DNA of 64,000 nt from an uncultured Rhabdochlamydiaceae bacterium (GTDB lineage Bacteria; Chlamydiota; Chlamydiia; Chlamydiales; Rhabdochlamydiaceae), in assembly GCA_963712275.1 (NCBI GenBank), contig CAVQHD010000001.1, positions 1,568,001 to 1,632,000 on the forward strand. Reading direction: 5' to 3'. This document shows positions 28,542 to 37,150 of the stretch, piece after piece. Numbering within the stretch: the stretch's first letter is position 1; each line of letters begins with the position of its first letter. The notes under the pieces are model-generated. The model saw only the letters and a list, made by a program, of their open reading frames with translations. It was not told where the DNA came from and ran no database searches. A program made the position numbers and the translations under genes.

Positions 28542-29377
28542 TCGTTTTCCTCGCTTTCTGGCTCAAAATCTTCCAACGTTTTTGATTTTTTCCCTGCAAT
28601 CAGTCGAATGGTTGATAAAATGATTCCAAGAATAATATAGCCCCATGTAATGCCCAGCAAGACAATCGGAAGGAAGTGTAAGATACCATAGAGCAGAAAG
28701 ATAGCAACAACTACTATTAATAACATCAATTGAAGAGAAGGGAGGCGGAAATGCAGCGCCTTTAAACTCGGAAATTTCCAACGGCTAACCATTAAAAGCC
28801 CCAAGATCAGCCAAATGCTCGTGAGCACAATCGCAGAAGCTTGAGGAGAGAGATGCAGCCACCTCTCTTCAAAGGATGAAACAAAGAATAGATTGGTTGA
28901 AATGGCTGCGACTGCCGCAGCTGGAATCGGAAGCCCTGTAAAATTTTTCTTTTGAGCTGCCTCTTCCTCCACATTTCCTTTGGCCAAAGCCGTCTTCACA
29001 CTAAAACGAACCAGCCTAAGCACCCCGCAAATCGAATAAACCATGGCTCCAAAAATTGCAAAAAAAGAAAGCCCTGTGCCTTGTTCTAACGATAAGCTTT
29101 TAAGCAACAAAACAGAAGGGGCTACGCCAAATGTCACAGCATCTGAAAGTGAGTCAAAAATGATCCCAAATTCACTTTCAGCCTTAATAATCCGTGCAAC
29201 TGCCCCATCCAAGATATCAGCGACTGCTGCAACGAGGACAAGCAGAAGCGAAGTAAATAAAACTTGATAGCTTCCTGCCCCGAGCTCAACCATATTAATC
29301 TTAAAAATCACAAATAGACCACATGCCAGTCCAAAGGCAGTGATGGCATTTGGGATAAAATAGACCTGTTTTTTCAT
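28538..29377 (-). CDS. pssA: CDP-diacylglycerol--serine O-phosphatidyltransferase
   Basis: PNAIT, DILDGAVAR...FG..FDSLSD, FGVAP, RLVRF and FTGLPIP motifs. Confidence 0.92.
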   Translation of the reverse strand: MKKQVYFIPNAITAFGLACGLFVIFKINMVELGAGSYQVLFTSLLLVLVAAVADILDGAVARIIKAESEFGIIFDSLSDAVTFGVAPSVLLLKSLSLEQGTGLSFFAIFGAMVYSICGVLRLVRFSVKTALAKGNVEEEAAQKKNFTGLPIPAAAVAAISTNLFFVSSFEERWLHLSPQASAIVLTSIWLILGLLMVSRWKFPSLKALHFRLPSLQLMLLIVVVAIFLLYGILHFLPIVLLGITWGYIILGIILSTIRLIAGKKSKTLEDFEPESEEND

Positions 29378-29538
29378 TTTTTCCTCAAAAAGACGGATTT
29401 TATCCTCTCACCTTATTAGTTGACAACTTAAAAATGTATAACTACTTATATATCAGACTGTTAAATAACATTAATTATATTTAATTGAAAATCAAAAAAC
29501 TATTTGATATTATCAATATTAGAAATGGAGCATAGTTT

Positions 29539-29886
29539 ATGAAACATTCTAAGTTTATTGAACATCTCGATGAAATCTTCAAAAATCCAGAAAAAATCGA
29601 TATGTCCGAGCTCGAAAAGCTCCTGTTTGAGACCTTAAAATTCTTCGACTCTATTCGAGAAAGAATGACTTCAAATAACGCGGAAGATCGAGAAAAAGCG
29701 ATGCAAGAAGCGGTCCAAATGCAAGAAAAGCTCAATCAAGTCACAGAGAAAATCTACGAAAAAACCGGGCTTACCAAAGAAAAAGCCAAGCAAATCCTCT
29801 CCAACCCTGCTAATTTCAAACGGGAAGATTGGGAAACAATGAAATCTATTGAGAAAGAACTGGATCAATTTCAGAAAAATACTTAA
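29539..29886 (+). CDS. Hypothetical small charged helical protein
   Basis: 115 aa, GGAG RBS, E/K-rich, no TPR pattern. Confidence 0.75.
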   Translation: MKHSKFIEHLDEIFKNPEKIDMSELEKLLFETLKFFDSIRERMTSNNAEDREKAMQEAVQMQEKLNQVTEKIYEKTGLTKEKAKQILSNPANFKREDWETMKSIEKELDQFQKNT

Positions 29887-29910
29887 ATCGCTAAAAATAA
29901 GAGGTTTAAA

Positions 29911-30042
29911 ATGCCTATTAGCCCTGTAAAGCCTTCAAGCGGAAATTACCCTGCTAGCCCACCTCCTAATGCAGCAGCAGCCTATTCTCTAGCCCTTCTC
30001 TCTAAGCTTTCTGAGCTTCTTGAACAGTTAATGAAATCATAA
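29911..30042 (+). CDS. Putative 43-aa small protein, missing from the ORF track
   Basis: AAGAGG RBS; MPISPVKPSSGNYPASPPPNAAAAYSLALLSKLSELLEQLMKS. Confidence 0.55.
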   Translation: MPISPVKPSSGNYPASPPPNAAAAYSLALLSKLSELLEQLMKS

Positions 30043-30135
30043 TTCATTAATATCAAGCAAGTTAGATTATAACTCCCTTCAACCCTACCTCCATCTTTTT
30101 AAGAATAAGCTACTTATGATTAAGTTAAAATTAAT

Positions 30136-30165
30136 TTGACTAAATAATTAATTTAATGTTAAAAT
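30136..30165 (+). promoter_or_regulatory. Putative sigma66/sigma70-type promoter for the translocon-like operon
   Basis: TTGACT-N18-TAAAAT with an extended -10 TG; the AT-rich context makes a chance match possible. Confidence 0.45.
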
Positions 30166-30210
30166 AATGTTAGGCGAAATATAAACATATAATAAGAGGC
30201 TATAAAAACT

Positions 30211-31707
30211 ATGTCAGAACTATACTTTTATGCAGAACAAGCAAGTTCGAATCGGGTTGGAAGTGCCAACCCTGCCCTGACAGGAGGCAACCCACCGCCC
30301 TCATCGGGAGACGGCATTAATTGGCCTTATGACCCTAATGGAAATACGCCAAATTTCCAAATCAATTGGAATGATCCTAACCTCCTTAAAGAGATCGAGC
30401 AAACTTATGAAAAGCTGGTCAACTGGCTTCAGCAGAACCCAGGTTGCTATAATGGCTATGTGATGCTTCTTCAAATGACCACAGACATCGGTATGCACAT
30501 GCAGAAGCTTCCTTCCGATGAGCAAGCACAGCTGGCTAAATTCCTTTCAACACAACTCTCTGCCCCATCAGGCTCTGGAACTCAAACCCTCTTTTCACTC
30601 ATGATTAGCGAGATGGCGAAAGCTGCCGCTGTCCAACAACCCTCAGAATCTGCTGGACAACAGGCTGCAACCAATTTTTTACAATCCTTGATGAATGCAA
30701 CAAGCGGACTCCAAAAATTTGGCTACCCTTTTTCTGAGATCTATCAAGATGCTTCTGCTAACATGAAGACAATAGCAGAGTGGTGTCAGTCCCACTTTGT
30801 TAGTATCTATGCACCACCAAGGGATCACTCATCTATTTGGACTTACGACGGACAAGAGCCTATTCTCTCCTTTTCAGACTTTGCTAATACAGCTTCTTGC
30901 ACGATGGGAACCCTTTTAACCAACCCCAAGTCTACTGCGGGTAATGTGATTGACAGTTACTACCAAGCTCAAATTTTCCAACTCGTTGCAGAGTTTAAAG
31001 GGAATCCTTGGGCCCTTTTAGTCGCTCTAATGAATCTGATGAATCAACGAGACCAAGATAGAGGCGTGGCTGTAAACGGATATGGGAACAATCTTGACAC
31101 CATCAAACAAGCCAATGGTCTTGTTGAGAAGCTCTTAGGGGATATTTCAGGAACAACCCCAAATGCAGACGACTTTTTCAAAACACTTGGACAACTCAAT
31201 ACTCTTGTCACCCAAAACCCAGCACTTTCGAGCTTGGTCGACCAATTGAAAAGCGATGTCCAAACGATTAATGGGCAGACCTATACCAGTCCCGGTGACG
31301 CAAGTTGGGCCGTTTCTGCTGGGTATTATAATTTCCCTCCGAATACCTTGATTGAGTATAACAAACAGACCATCTCCGTCTCTGGAGAAATCTATTTAAG
31401 CGGTGGAAATGTCGTTCTTCTTAATATAGGCCAAACCTATACCTTTGGCCAGCTAGCTGCCATGGGAGCAACTTCTATCATTCAAAAGCAAATGGGAAGT
31501 TGGTCGACGACAATCATGTCTAACTTCGAAAATGGCGTGTCATCGATTCAAACACTTCTCAACGGCGCTTCACCTGCGATTCAACAGGAGATTCAGAGCG
31601 ACACGCAAACAATGCAGGCAACAGAAAACTTTGAAAAAGAATCTTTCGCTAGCATCACAAACGTGAACCAACAGATCATGAAATTGGTTCAACAAGTGAT
31701 GGGATAA
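30211..31707 (+). CDS. Putative type III-secreted protein, first gene of the translocon-like operon
   Basis: 498 aa, S/P/N-rich N-terminus, Q/N/S/T-rich amphipathic C-terminal helix, AAGAGG RBS. Confidence 0.6.
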   Translation: MSELYFYAEQASSNRVGSANPALTGGNPPPSSGDGINWPYDPNGNTPNFQINWNDPNLLKEIEQTYEKLVNWLQQNPGCYNGYVMLLQMTTDIGMHMQKLPSDEQAQLAKFLSTQLSAPSGSGTQTLFSLMISEMAKAAAVQQPSESAGQQAATNFLQSLMNATSGLQKFGYPFSEIYQDASANMKTIAEWCQSHFVSIYAPPRDHSSIWTYDGQEPILSFSDFANTASCTMGTLLTNPKSTAGNVIDSYYQAQIFQLVAEFKGNPWALLVALMNLMNQRDQDRGVAVNGYGNNLDTIKQANGLVEKLLGDISGTTPNADDFFKTLGQLNTLVTQNPALSSLVDQLKSDVQTINGQTYTSPGDASWAVSAGYYNFPPNTLIEYNKQTISVSGEIYLSGGNVVLLNIGQTYTFGQLAAMGATSIIQKQMGSWSTTIMSNFENGVSSIQTLLNGASPAIQQEIQSDTQTMQATENFEKESFASITNVNQQIMKLVQQVMG

Positions 31708-31742
31708 TTTTAAAAATAATAACAAAAAAAGAAGGTAAATAT

Positions 31743-32225
31743 ATGTCTATGATGCCAATTAGCCCCTCTAACCCCCCAGAAGTAATTCCTGGCCATGTTG
31801 TGAGTACATCTTGCAATACACTTACAGCTTTATTCATGATAACCGACTATCTTAACTCAACATATGACCTGCAGGCAGCCGATACAAAGCTTGAAGAGTC
31901 GGTTACAAACTCAGAAGCTCAAATGGTCCAAGCCTTTCAAGCGAGCCTCAGCGCATCGACTTCGCCAGACGGTACCAACTACCTCTATCAGCTAGAACAT
32001 TTAGACCCAACCTCTGGTGACTACACCCCAAAGTCCCAAACACTGACGACTGAATATAGTAATGCAAACGCACAAAACCAATCTCTTGTTAAGATCATGG
32101 ATGGGAATAACTCCACAGCGCAGAACACCTTAAGCCAAAACGCTCAAGGGCTGCAAGGACTCATGCAAACGATGAGCTCTATTAATAGCATTGGAAGCAA
32201 CTTAGCAAGACTCATTCAAGGTTAA
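31743..32225 (+). CDS. Putative T3SS needle-tip/filament-like protein
   Basis: QTLTTEYSNANAQNQSLVKIM resembles the SipD/IpaD C-terminal helix; size and composition also resemble chlamydial DUF720 proteins. Confidence 0.55.
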   Translation: MSMMPISPSNPPEVIPGHVVSTSCNTLTALFMITDYLNSTYDLQAADTKLEESVTNSEAQMVQAFQASLSASTSPDGTNYLYQLEHLDPTSGDYTPKSQTLTTEYSNANAQNQSLVKIMDGNNSTAQNTLSQNAQGLQGLMQTMSSINSIGSNLARLIQG

Positions 32226-32247
32226 ACCAAAGGAAAGGTGATTTATT

Positions 32248-33456
32248 ATGGCATCCGTTTTAAAAACAGATTGTCTGCCTGCGGTCAGCTTAATGGTTGT
32301 CCAATCCTCTAAAACAGGAGGGCAAGCAGAGCTCACTAACAACTCTTCCTTCGATGGAATCTCGCGCGATGAGCTCATGCGGATGATTTTCATGCTGATG
32401 TCTCTTGTGGGGCAAAATATGAGCGTGATCCAGAAGAGCTATGCTCAAAGCCAGCTCGATCAAGAACAAGTGGCTCAAAATGAAGCGACTGCCACAACAG
32501 TCCAAACAAAGCAGTATCTCGACAACTTGGCTGCCTACAATGCGCAGCAAGACGAAGCTCAAAAATGGGGTGTTTTTGGCCAGGTCATGAAAATTGTAGG
32601 AGCTGTCGTTGGCATCATCGCAGGCGTCCTACTCTCTGAAGTGGGCGTTGGCACTATCATTCTTGCTGCAGTCATTGCTTTCACAGCAACCCCTCTTTTT
32701 GACAAAGCGGTTAGCGCCTTAGGAAATGCAATTGGACAAGCGATTGGAAATTCAACCTGGGGTAATATTATTGCTCAAGCTCTTATCGTTGTCGTCTTAA
32801 CTGTTGCGACTTGTGGTGCAGAAGGCCTCTCAGCAGGCCTTGCAGGTGCTGCAAAAACAGCCGGAGACGATGCTGTGCAGGAAGCCGTCAGTTTTGCTCC
32901 TCGCTTCAATTATGCATCAGTCGGAGTCCTCACACAAACCCTTTTATCGACCAACCTTGTTGGAGAACTTGTCACCCAAATGGTTGAAGCCATCCCCGGA
33001 AACGAAGATGCCAAAAAAATAGCGGAGACGATTTTAACAGTAGTTGTAGATATTGCCCTTATGATTGCTTCCTGTAAAATCGCTTCGAATGCTGCCTCTA
33101 GCACAGGGAATCTTGTTTCAAAATTAGGTCAATACTCCGACAATCCCGCTCTGTTTGGGCTCTATGCAAGAAGAGCTCTGACAGCCTTGCTTGGAACCAC
33201 TCAAACCGCGACAGCATTTGCTCAGGGAAGCCAAGGGTATTTTCAACTCCAAGAAGGGACAATCAAGGAAGGGCTAGCGCCAGTTCAAGCTCGTATGACG
33301 TTTGGGCAATCATTTTTTCAAACCCTGACCCAGCTAGCAAGTCTAGCTCAACAATTGTATAAATCGGTGATGGAATCGGACCGGATTCTGTTCTCGACAA
33401 ATTTTTCTTCTGATTGGAGCGCCTGTGTTGCAGCTCAAAATCAATATCAAGGTTAA
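32248..33456 (+). CDS. T3SS major translocator SctE-like protein (CopB/YopB/SseC family)
   Basis: Coiled coil followed by EAQKWGVFGQVMKIVGAVVGIIAGV.., a long hydrophobic hairpin, further hydrophobic segments and a C-terminal Q-rich helix. Confidence 0.8.
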   Translation: MASVLKTDCLPAVSLMVVQSSKTGGQAELTNNSSFDGISRDELMRMIFMLMSLVGQNMSVIQKSYAQSQLDQEQVAQNEATATTVQTKQYLDNLAAYNAQQDEAQKWGVFGQVMKIVGAVVGIIAGVLLSEVGVGTIILAAVIAFTATPLFDKAVSALGNAIGQAIGNSTWGNIIAQALIVVVLTVATCGAEGLSAGLAGAAKTAGDDAVQEAVSFAPRFNYASVGVLTQTLLSTNLVGELVTQMVEAIPGNEDAKKIAETILTVVVDIALMIASCKIASNAASSTGNLVSKLGQYSDNPALFGLYARRALTALLGTTQTATAFAQGSQGYFQLQEGTIKEGLAPVQARMTFGQSFFQTLTQLASLAQQLYKSVMESDRILFSTNFSSDWSACVAAQNQYQG

Positions 33457-33482
33457 TAAATTAATAAAAAATAGGAGTATTT

Positions 33483-34289
33483 ATGACAATCAAGTATGAA
33501 CCCAGCGCAGCTGGCCTCTCATGGCTCGCCTTAAGCCAGGCACTCAATAGCCGCGCTCAGATGGAGCAAAACGTTTTCTCCCTCTATGCAAGCAACACTG
33601 ATATGATGCTAACCGAAACAAAGTGTCAAGCAGATAATGCTCAGATCGAATTAACAAATCAAGCCAAATCACAATCGTTGGGCGGATGGCTAGCGATGGG
33701 TGGATCTACCGCAGGACTTGCAATGACAGGTCTTTCATGCGGAATGGAAGTCTTCAATCAGAATAAAGCAGTCGCTGCTGGGAATATCACTTCCAGCAAA
33801 ATGGACCTCACGGAAACCGATGAAGTAGCACAGCCAGCAAATCCTAATGGTAATGACGGTGCTGCTGTCAACGCACAAAATGGTCCACTGCAAGTTGATG
33901 ATGGCGCTGAGGTGCAAGGACAGGCAAATTCGGCTGAATTAGAGGAAGAGGAAGAGACAGAAAACAGCAAGAAGAAGAAAGCCGATAAGCAAACCCCTGA
34001 ACAAAAACAGGTTCTTAGAAATGCTGATTGGTGGTCACAAAATAGCAACACCTTTTCATCGATTGCTAATCAATTTCTTGGCCAAGGTGTCGCAGGGGTA
34101 GCGCAAGCCCCATATACGACAAACCAAGCCGATGCCAAGCGGGTTGAGACGACAGCCCAAGGACTTAGCGCTGTGTTCAATTCGCAAGGCGGCCTGATGA
34201 CAACCGTTCTGCAAAGCTGCGATAGTTATATGCAGGGGACGAACGGCACGATCTCGACCATTACCCAAGTGTCAGCAATCCGCGCTTAA
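33483..34289 (+). CDS. T3SS minor translocator SctB-like protein (CopD/YopD family)
   Basis: One Gly/Ala-rich hydrophobic segment (LGGWLAMGGSTAGLAMTGL), amphipathic C-terminus, position directly after the SctE-like gene. Confidence 0.68.
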   Translation: MTIKYEPSAAGLSWLALSQALNSRAQMEQNVFSLYASNTDMMLTETKCQADNAQIELTNQAKSQSLGGWLAMGGSTAGLAMTGLSCGMEVFNQNKAVAAGNITSSKMDLTETDEVAQPANPNGNDGAAVNAQNGPLQVDDGAEVQGQANSAELEEEEETENSKKKKADKQTPEQKQVLRNADWWSQNSNTFSSIANQFLGQGVAGVAQAPYTTNQADAKRVETTAQGLSAVFNSQGGLMTTVLQSCDSYMQGTNGTISTITQVSAIRA

Positions 34290-34317
34290 GTCGTCACTTA
34301 CGATCTGTGTTTCCACG

Positions 34318-34350
34318 AAGGGAGAGCCTGTAAGGGCCCTCCCTTTTTTT
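34318..34350 (+). terminator. Intrinsic terminator ending the translocon-like operon
   Basis: aagggagagcc-tgtaa-gggccctccc followed by a T7 tract. Confidence 0.85.
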
Positions 34351-34545
34351 ATGCGGGAAGCACAGGTAAAGGTTGCCCCCAAGGTGGCCATTTTTAAAAA
34401 ATGAAATTTTTCAGATTTTTTCGCGCAAAATTTATCATAAAAATTTTCTTTTTCATAGAGAGAGAAATAATTTATTTACAGGAACTGCAGTTTTTGCCTT
34501 ACAACTAGTTTATTTTTATTGCAATTATAGTATAATTAACAAACA

Positions 34546-36861
34546 ATGACGACAATAAAATTAAATTTAAATAGAAGATCTGACTTTATTATTCAAAAGG
34601 TCGGAACTTTTGATGCTAGCCGATTGTTATCTATAGCCCTTCCTTTTGCAAGCTTAAATGCAACAACATCCAAGGTAGCATCCATCGGAGCCTTAGGCTA
34701 TCAATGCTATACTATTTTCCAACAAAAAGACGACTCTTCATCTCCTGATAAAACCATTGGGAAATGGCCTCAGCTCGCCCTCCTTGCCTCTTCAGTCGCC
34801 TTTGGTATTTTTTGCCCTACAGGACAATTGGTCTTTTCGAGCGGAGCCTTTTTCCTAACCCATACAATCCAGCTCAAATCGCAACTGCAGCAAAGAGAGT
34901 GGAAACAAAGCGGGAAAACCGTTTTACAGATAGCCCATCAAGCCATTCACCTAGCCTCCGTCTATTATGGAACCCCTGCTTATCTAGCCTTATCACTCAT
35001 CTCTCAAGCCTGTGTCGAAATGAGCCAAGCCTTTCAATTTTCCCAAGAAAAAGGGAAAACTCTTGAAATGTTTGCATCGCTTTCTTTGAGCCTCCTTCGA
35101 CTGCACAAAGCCTCCTCGTATTTGCCTCAACTCATCCCCATGAAAACAGGAGGCAAAATCAAGGCGATTTCTTCATTAGAAAATCTAGAAAAGATAGGCT
35201 CTGGAATCGAAAGAGTAGACTGCAGCGGGGTTGATGATTCTCTTAAAGAAAACCCTCCAGAATCATTAAAAAAACTGACTGACAAAGACTGGAACAACTT
35301 GATTTATCAAACTCTTCCAGGAGAGTTAAAGGACCTTCGTTCTTTTCTTCTTAAAAAGGGATTTTCAACAGAGATTGAGAATGTCATTTTTTTTGGACTT
35401 CCCCAAGGCGTTTTATTGCAGCAGCTTAAATTCAAGCAGTGCTCTTTTAGCGGTGTCGATTTTAGCCATGCGCTATTGGATCAAGTGATCGCTGAGGATT
35501 GCTTTTTTGCACATACAAATTGGAGTAGAGCATTTATCAAAAATTGCACTTTCCATCACTGCTCTTTTCAATATGCCAATTTTTTTAAGCTCTCACTTGA
35601 ATCCACCATTTTTACCAACAACTGTGATTTTATACGGACCCTTTTTAATGAAGCGAGGCTTAAACGTGTAACGATTCAAGATGGAATCCTTATGGAAAGC
35701 AATTTTTTGCTTGCGACGGTTGAAAATAGCAAGTTAATTGATTGTAACCTCACAGATGTTCTCCTCCTCGATGCAAAAAATAATTTTACAATTAGAGGGG
35801 GAACTCCTCATCAAATAACAAGACCTGTGATCGCTCTAGGGTGGGATTTTGATGAACCAGGTCACTACACATGTCTGATCCGGAAAGCCCTACAACATAA
35901 TGGAGCCCTTGTATTGCAATATAACCAAACAAGTGTTTCACTCCTCTCTGAAGTAACGCTGGAGCGCGAAATAACAATAGGCTTGCAAAAGGCAAAATCG
36001 CCTGAGAAAAGCATCAGTGTTCAGCTCTTGCAAAATGCCGGTTCATCCTCTGAAATTGCCGAAATTAAACGCATTGCATTTTCAATTCTCAAACATGCCG
36101 ATGGACTTGTCCTTCCAGGAGGGGATAATATTGAAAAGTGTTTTTACAACCCTTCTAAGCCTCCAAAATATTCTCATCGGACTTTGCTCGAAATTGCTCT
36201 TCTTTATGAAGCTCAAAAAAAACATCTTCCAACCTTGGGAGTATGCCGAGGTGCCCAGCTCATCAATGTCTTTTGTGGAGGAACACTTGTAGATTGCGAG
36301 AAGACTCAACATGGAACTGATCTACTAGAATGGACCTCTTCTCCTCATGGAAAAGAGCTGCAAAGCATAGTTGGGAACCTCTTTAGAGGAAAATCTGCTC
36401 ATGAACAAGCCTCTGACAAGATTGGTCAAGGGCTTCATGTTATTCTCAAACTCGATAACATTCCTAAATTTCTGGTCAGCGAAGATGGGAACTTGATGGC
36501 AAGCCAAGTCCATCCTGAGGATTATTACAGTAAATCAGAGCGACTCCGGGAAAAGATGAAAATCTCTGATGAAGAAGCCTTTAATCAATTCCTTGCAACC
36601 GACCTCTCCAAAGAGGTTTCAACCTTAGAAGCCCTTCTTTTGAAACTCGATGACACAATTGCTCAGGACTGTGGAGGTGTCATTTTTGATCTTTGGGTCA
36701 AAGGGAGAAAAAAAGCTCTTAAGCATGTGTCAAAGTCGGAAAACACGCGGCAGTTCATTGTCTCTAACAGAAAGGTGTACCAATTCTTCCTTGATAAGGT
36801 TGAAAAGAGAAGAAAAAACAGCTCTATTGAGAACGTCCCTACCACCCTTGCAGCCGGTTAA
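34546..36861 (+). CDS. Fusion of membrane segments, pentapeptide repeats and a class I glutamine amidotransferase-like (peptidase C26) domain
   Basis: CSFSG/VDFSH/ALLDQ-type repeats; DGLVLPGGDNI, LGVCRGAQLINV (nucleophile Cys) and QVHPE (His-Glu). Confidence 0.85.
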   Translation: MTTIKLNLNRRSDFIIQKVGTFDASRLLSIALPFASLNATTSKVASIGALGYQCYTIFQQKDDSSSPDKTIGKWPQLALLASSVAFGIFCPTGQLVFSSGAFFLTHTIQLKSQLQQREWKQSGKTVLQIAHQAIHLASVYYGTPAYLALSLISQACVEMSQAFQFSQEKGKTLEMFASLSLSLLRLHKASSYLPQLIPMKTGGKIKAISSLENLEKIGSGIERVDCSGVDDSLKENPPESLKKLTDKDWNNLIYQTLPGELKDLRSFLLKKGFSTEIENVIFFGLPQGVLLQQLKFKQCSFSGVDFSHALLDQVIAEDCFFAHTNWSRAFIKNCTFHHCSFQYANFFKLSLESTIFTNNCDFIRTLFNEARLKRVTIQDGILMESNFLLATVENSKLIDCNLTDVLLLDAKNNFTIRGGTPHQITRPVIALGWDFDEPGHYTCLIRKALQHNGALVLQYNQTSVSLLSEVTLEREITIGLQKAKSPEKSISVQLLQNAGSSSEIAEIKRIAFSILKHADGLVLPGGDNIEKCFYNPSKPPKYSHRTLLEIALLYEAQKKHLPTLGVCRGAQLINVFCGGTLVDCEKTQHGTDLLEWTSSPHGKELQSIVGNLFRGKSAHEQASDKIGQGLHVILKLDNIPKFLVSEDGNLMASQVHPEDYYSKSERLREKMKISDEEAFNQFLATDLSKEVSTLEALLLKLDDTIAQDCGGVIFDLWVKGRKKALKHVSKSENTRQFIVSNRKVYQFFLDKVEKRRKNSSIENVPTTLAAG

Positions 36862-36886
36862 GAAGCTGTCTTAAAACTCAGTTTCT
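36859..36886 (+). repeat. Family C truncated element end at a stop codon
   Basis: taa-gaagctgtcttaaaactcagtttct; the 25 nt after TAA are identical to 51322-51346. Confidence 0.8.
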
Positions 36887-36976
36887 GGTGCTTGAGGATA
36901 AAAAATTGTCAAACAACTCCTTCATTTTCTAGGGCTTGAAATAAGTTTTCGTTTTTTGTAGACTTTAGCCCGTTTC

Positions 36977-37024
36977 CTACTATATATGGTGTGTTTATAG
37001 GAGGGTCGCTACTATCCCTAGTAG
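36977..37024 (+). promoter_or_regulatory. Tandem NrdR boxes
   Basis: ctactatatatggtgt (36977) and ctactatccctagtag (37009), 32 bp apart, versus consensus acaCwAtATaTwGtgt, upstream of nrdA. Confidence 0.75.
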
Positions 37025-37150
37025 GAACCTATGAAACTTTTTACTAGGATAGGTTCAGGTTCTCTCCTCAATAGTCCTTGTGAAATATGATAAAAAAAGA
37101 GATCATGTGCGACCTCAAACACACGATCTCCGATAAAAAGCGAGTTGTTT

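Noticed and set aside
29420..29450. TTGACA as a promoter -35 element (also at 48161)
   Set aside because: No convincing -10 at 16-18 bp spacing
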